Assembly: GCA_964658305.1 (NCBI GenBank)
Contig: OZ210885.1
Coordinates: 13,764,001-13,828,000, forward strand
Source: Leptogorgia sarmentosa
Taxonomy: Eukaryota
DNA length: 64,000 nucleotides
Direction of reading: 5' to 3'
A program made the translations under genes and the position numbers. Positions 61,384-64,000 of this stretch are shown piece after piece. A model generated the notes under the pieces. The model saw nothing but the letters and a program-made list of their open reading frames with translations. It was not told where the DNA came from and searched no databases. Within the stretch, counting starts at the first letter, position 1. Each line of letters starts with the position of its first letter.

Positions 61384-64000
61384 GTAAGTTTTTTTTTTTT
61401 AATATACAGTGCATTGGCCAGTCGTTTGTGCATGGCTTTCATTTTGGAAAAAAACGCTGACAATTGAGTGGTTTATCAACGTTTTAACTATAGCCTACAG
61501 CACTGAACGGGCAGCATACCTAATTTTGACGGCAACCCACTAGTCCCCTATTCGCCCGCCCTGCACACTTCGTGTTATTTACAAGTACTTATTACACATA
61601 TTTTTCGACCTATATTACAACAATTTGGATTATACTCTCCTATCTGTGTTCATCCTAACACACCATGTCCACGTTGTTGCATGTGGCAGGGAATTGGAGC
61701 CCCAGAGACAGAGAGTGGTGCTATCCAATATGGCCGCTAGTGGCTCCATTTATTCATAGCATTCAGTCTTAGTATATGTCAAAGGTGTTGACTAACTCTT
61801 TGTACATGAGTAGAGCACTGAGTGCGACCTGCAACGCACGAGATGAAAGGCTGAGCACGAGATGAGAGGCTCCAACCACCCCAAACGCTGATCGCAATCC
61901 TGCTCTATTTCGCTTGTTGTGACTGGGAAACGGGGATAGAATTAATTATGCCTATGTAAGCGTATTAATGCCTATCTGGTATTAATTATACCATGATTGC
62001 AATTCGAAGCGGGAAACAATGTTCTGAATAAGCACCAAAATTTAAAACTCGATCACGAGCCTTCGTTTTTCCCAAATTTTCGTTCTTTCAACACGCCCGT
62101 CAATTCTACACTTCATGGAAAGCTATTTGCATGAATAGCCAGCCGATAAGTAGTAGAAAATACAATGGCCGTAGCGACGAGTGGTTTGACAGAAATATAG
62201 CTTAATTTATACGCGTTTACGCCGTTCATAACACTATTTATTAAGAAATTTATACGCAAAAATATCATGGCGCAAATTGTACATTGGCATTGCTTTTAAA
62301 GATATTAAAAAGGTATGTTATGGAATTTAGATCAACAAAGCAAAAATATCATGACGCAAATTATTTGTATTACCTTGAACACAGCTAATATTTAAGGTTA
62401 TGAAAGAAGTTTAGTTTTGACAAAATTGCGCGTATATTTTCCCTATGATACTTTCCCTGCGTGTCGGTACTGACACATTTGTACATGTTTGGACAGCCCG
62501 CGGACCCGCGGTGTCATTGTGATCACGGAATATCTACTATATTTTGACGCTTTGCCATACAGAATGGTTGAAAAATTCAATCCCCGGAAAATAGGTTTTG
62601 TAGCTTGTAATAAAACTGGTTTGTGCGTTTATTAAGCGCGAGACAAAACAAACGAAATCATAAATAGTTTCAAGTATTCTGTTTTGAACCTACACGCATA
62701 CCGATCATACAATAACTTCACCGTCTAGGAAAATGCTGCATGAATGGACAGAATATAATGTATATAAATACATTATTCTAATATAGTTTTCAAGAGAGCA
62801 AATTTGGTTTTTGGAAAGCCACATTTTTCACAACCAATCGCAAAGCGCTGTCTCTATTTTAAAGACGCAATAGCATAATATGCGATATCATTATGTCGTC
62901 AAGTTTCAATATTACCTTACTCAATTTGATATGATCGCGCGAATGCCGGAATGCGAGATAGTCATGATAGCTTATATCAAGTATTGAATACGTCTCACGT
63001 TTTAACCACGCACATGCAACCTCACGTCTTAAAAGGAATTAGTATTTGCGCTATTCGCCTAATCCCTAGCAGTAAACCATTTCATACATGCAAGATCGCG
63101 TATTAGGGACAGATAAGATGTGTGTATCGAATAGTTGAAAACAAATGAGAATTGATCATCGCTGGTAACCAAGCAAAAAATATTTGGTCCTGCTTCGAGC
63201 GCCCAAGTCGCGAGGCTGTAGGGGGATCCGGAAGAATTCTCCCCCGGACAATTTAACTAGAACCTCGGAAATGCTATTTGCTGCGATCTGGGGACTGACT
63301 TATGACAACCAGTTTCACTGAAATATGGGTTATAATTTTGGCAAATTTAACACAATGATGGACAAAAAATGGACAGAAAATGTGATAGATCAAGATTTGA
63401 CATGAAATCCGTTTGTTAATTGCGTTGAATATTATCTCAGATAGGTCTTACCACGTACAGACATCACAGCAGTAACTGGGCCCTGTGCAATGCAGACGCA
63501 GTCGTCATATTAAATGTTTATTTCAAAATAATATGTACTGTAGTTGATGTTGGCTGTGCATTGAAACCTTGTGCTTATCATGCTATTATTGTTACGTCTA
63601 TTGACATCTCACCGTGAAGCATCAAGTCTTGATTTAGTAAAATGCTCTATATCATCTGCCGAGACATGAATATCACATAAAATATACAGCCTATACGTGT
63701 CTTTAAACGGACAAAAGCTCTGTCTGTAGTCACGCTGAAAGCTGGTTGCGTAGTTGTAATTTAGTCGCACCACAACAGCCACAGTAAAACGCGTGAAATC
63801 ACGCAGAAAGCTTGCTTTATAAATAATACATTTTCGGCAGTCCTGCCTTCGGGAGAGAGCAGGACCTCGTCGTTGTAAACACCCGTCCTGAGCATGCGTA
63901 GGCCAAATTACCCAATCAGTATTATTAATTATTATTAATTAGTATTGCAACTCCTGCCTTCAAAAAATAGCATGTCCTGGAGTGAAACACGAGTCGCGAG

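Overview
Eukaryotic, AT-rich, intron- and transposon-dense invertebrate DNA. The repeat types and gene families suggest a cnidarian such as an anthozoan, which is an inference. There are two host genes arranged head to head. (1) On the minus strand, about 39520 down to 2197 or further, is a gene of at least 13 coding exons that I spliced by hand with consistent GT-AG phases into about 1520 aa. Its architecture is an N-terminal CXorf38/DZIP3-type HEPN-like domain with an intact RxxxxH motif (RNPWAH), a 31-heptad His-rich coiled coil, an APAF-1-type NB-ARC ATPase and WD40 repeats. It looks like an apoptosome/NLR-like receptor with a putative RNase where the CARD would be, and is the main candidate for an undescribed system. 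(2) On the plus strand from 55398 is a secreted astacin metalloprotease, with 6 exons visible and the gene running off the right edge. The introns hold a full-length but disabled Ty3/Gypsy element (178-bp LTRs, 4-bp TSD, -1 frameshift signal) and a CACTG/EnSpm deletion derivative with two satellite arrays and SAMD3-like gene remnants. They also hold two 9-bp-TSD elements that keep ZAD-like zinc-finger ORFs (one with a nested P-like element), a Helitron remnant and many MITEs. The region between the genes contains kb-scale tandem duplications. No CRISPR array, rRNA or convincing tRNA gene was found.
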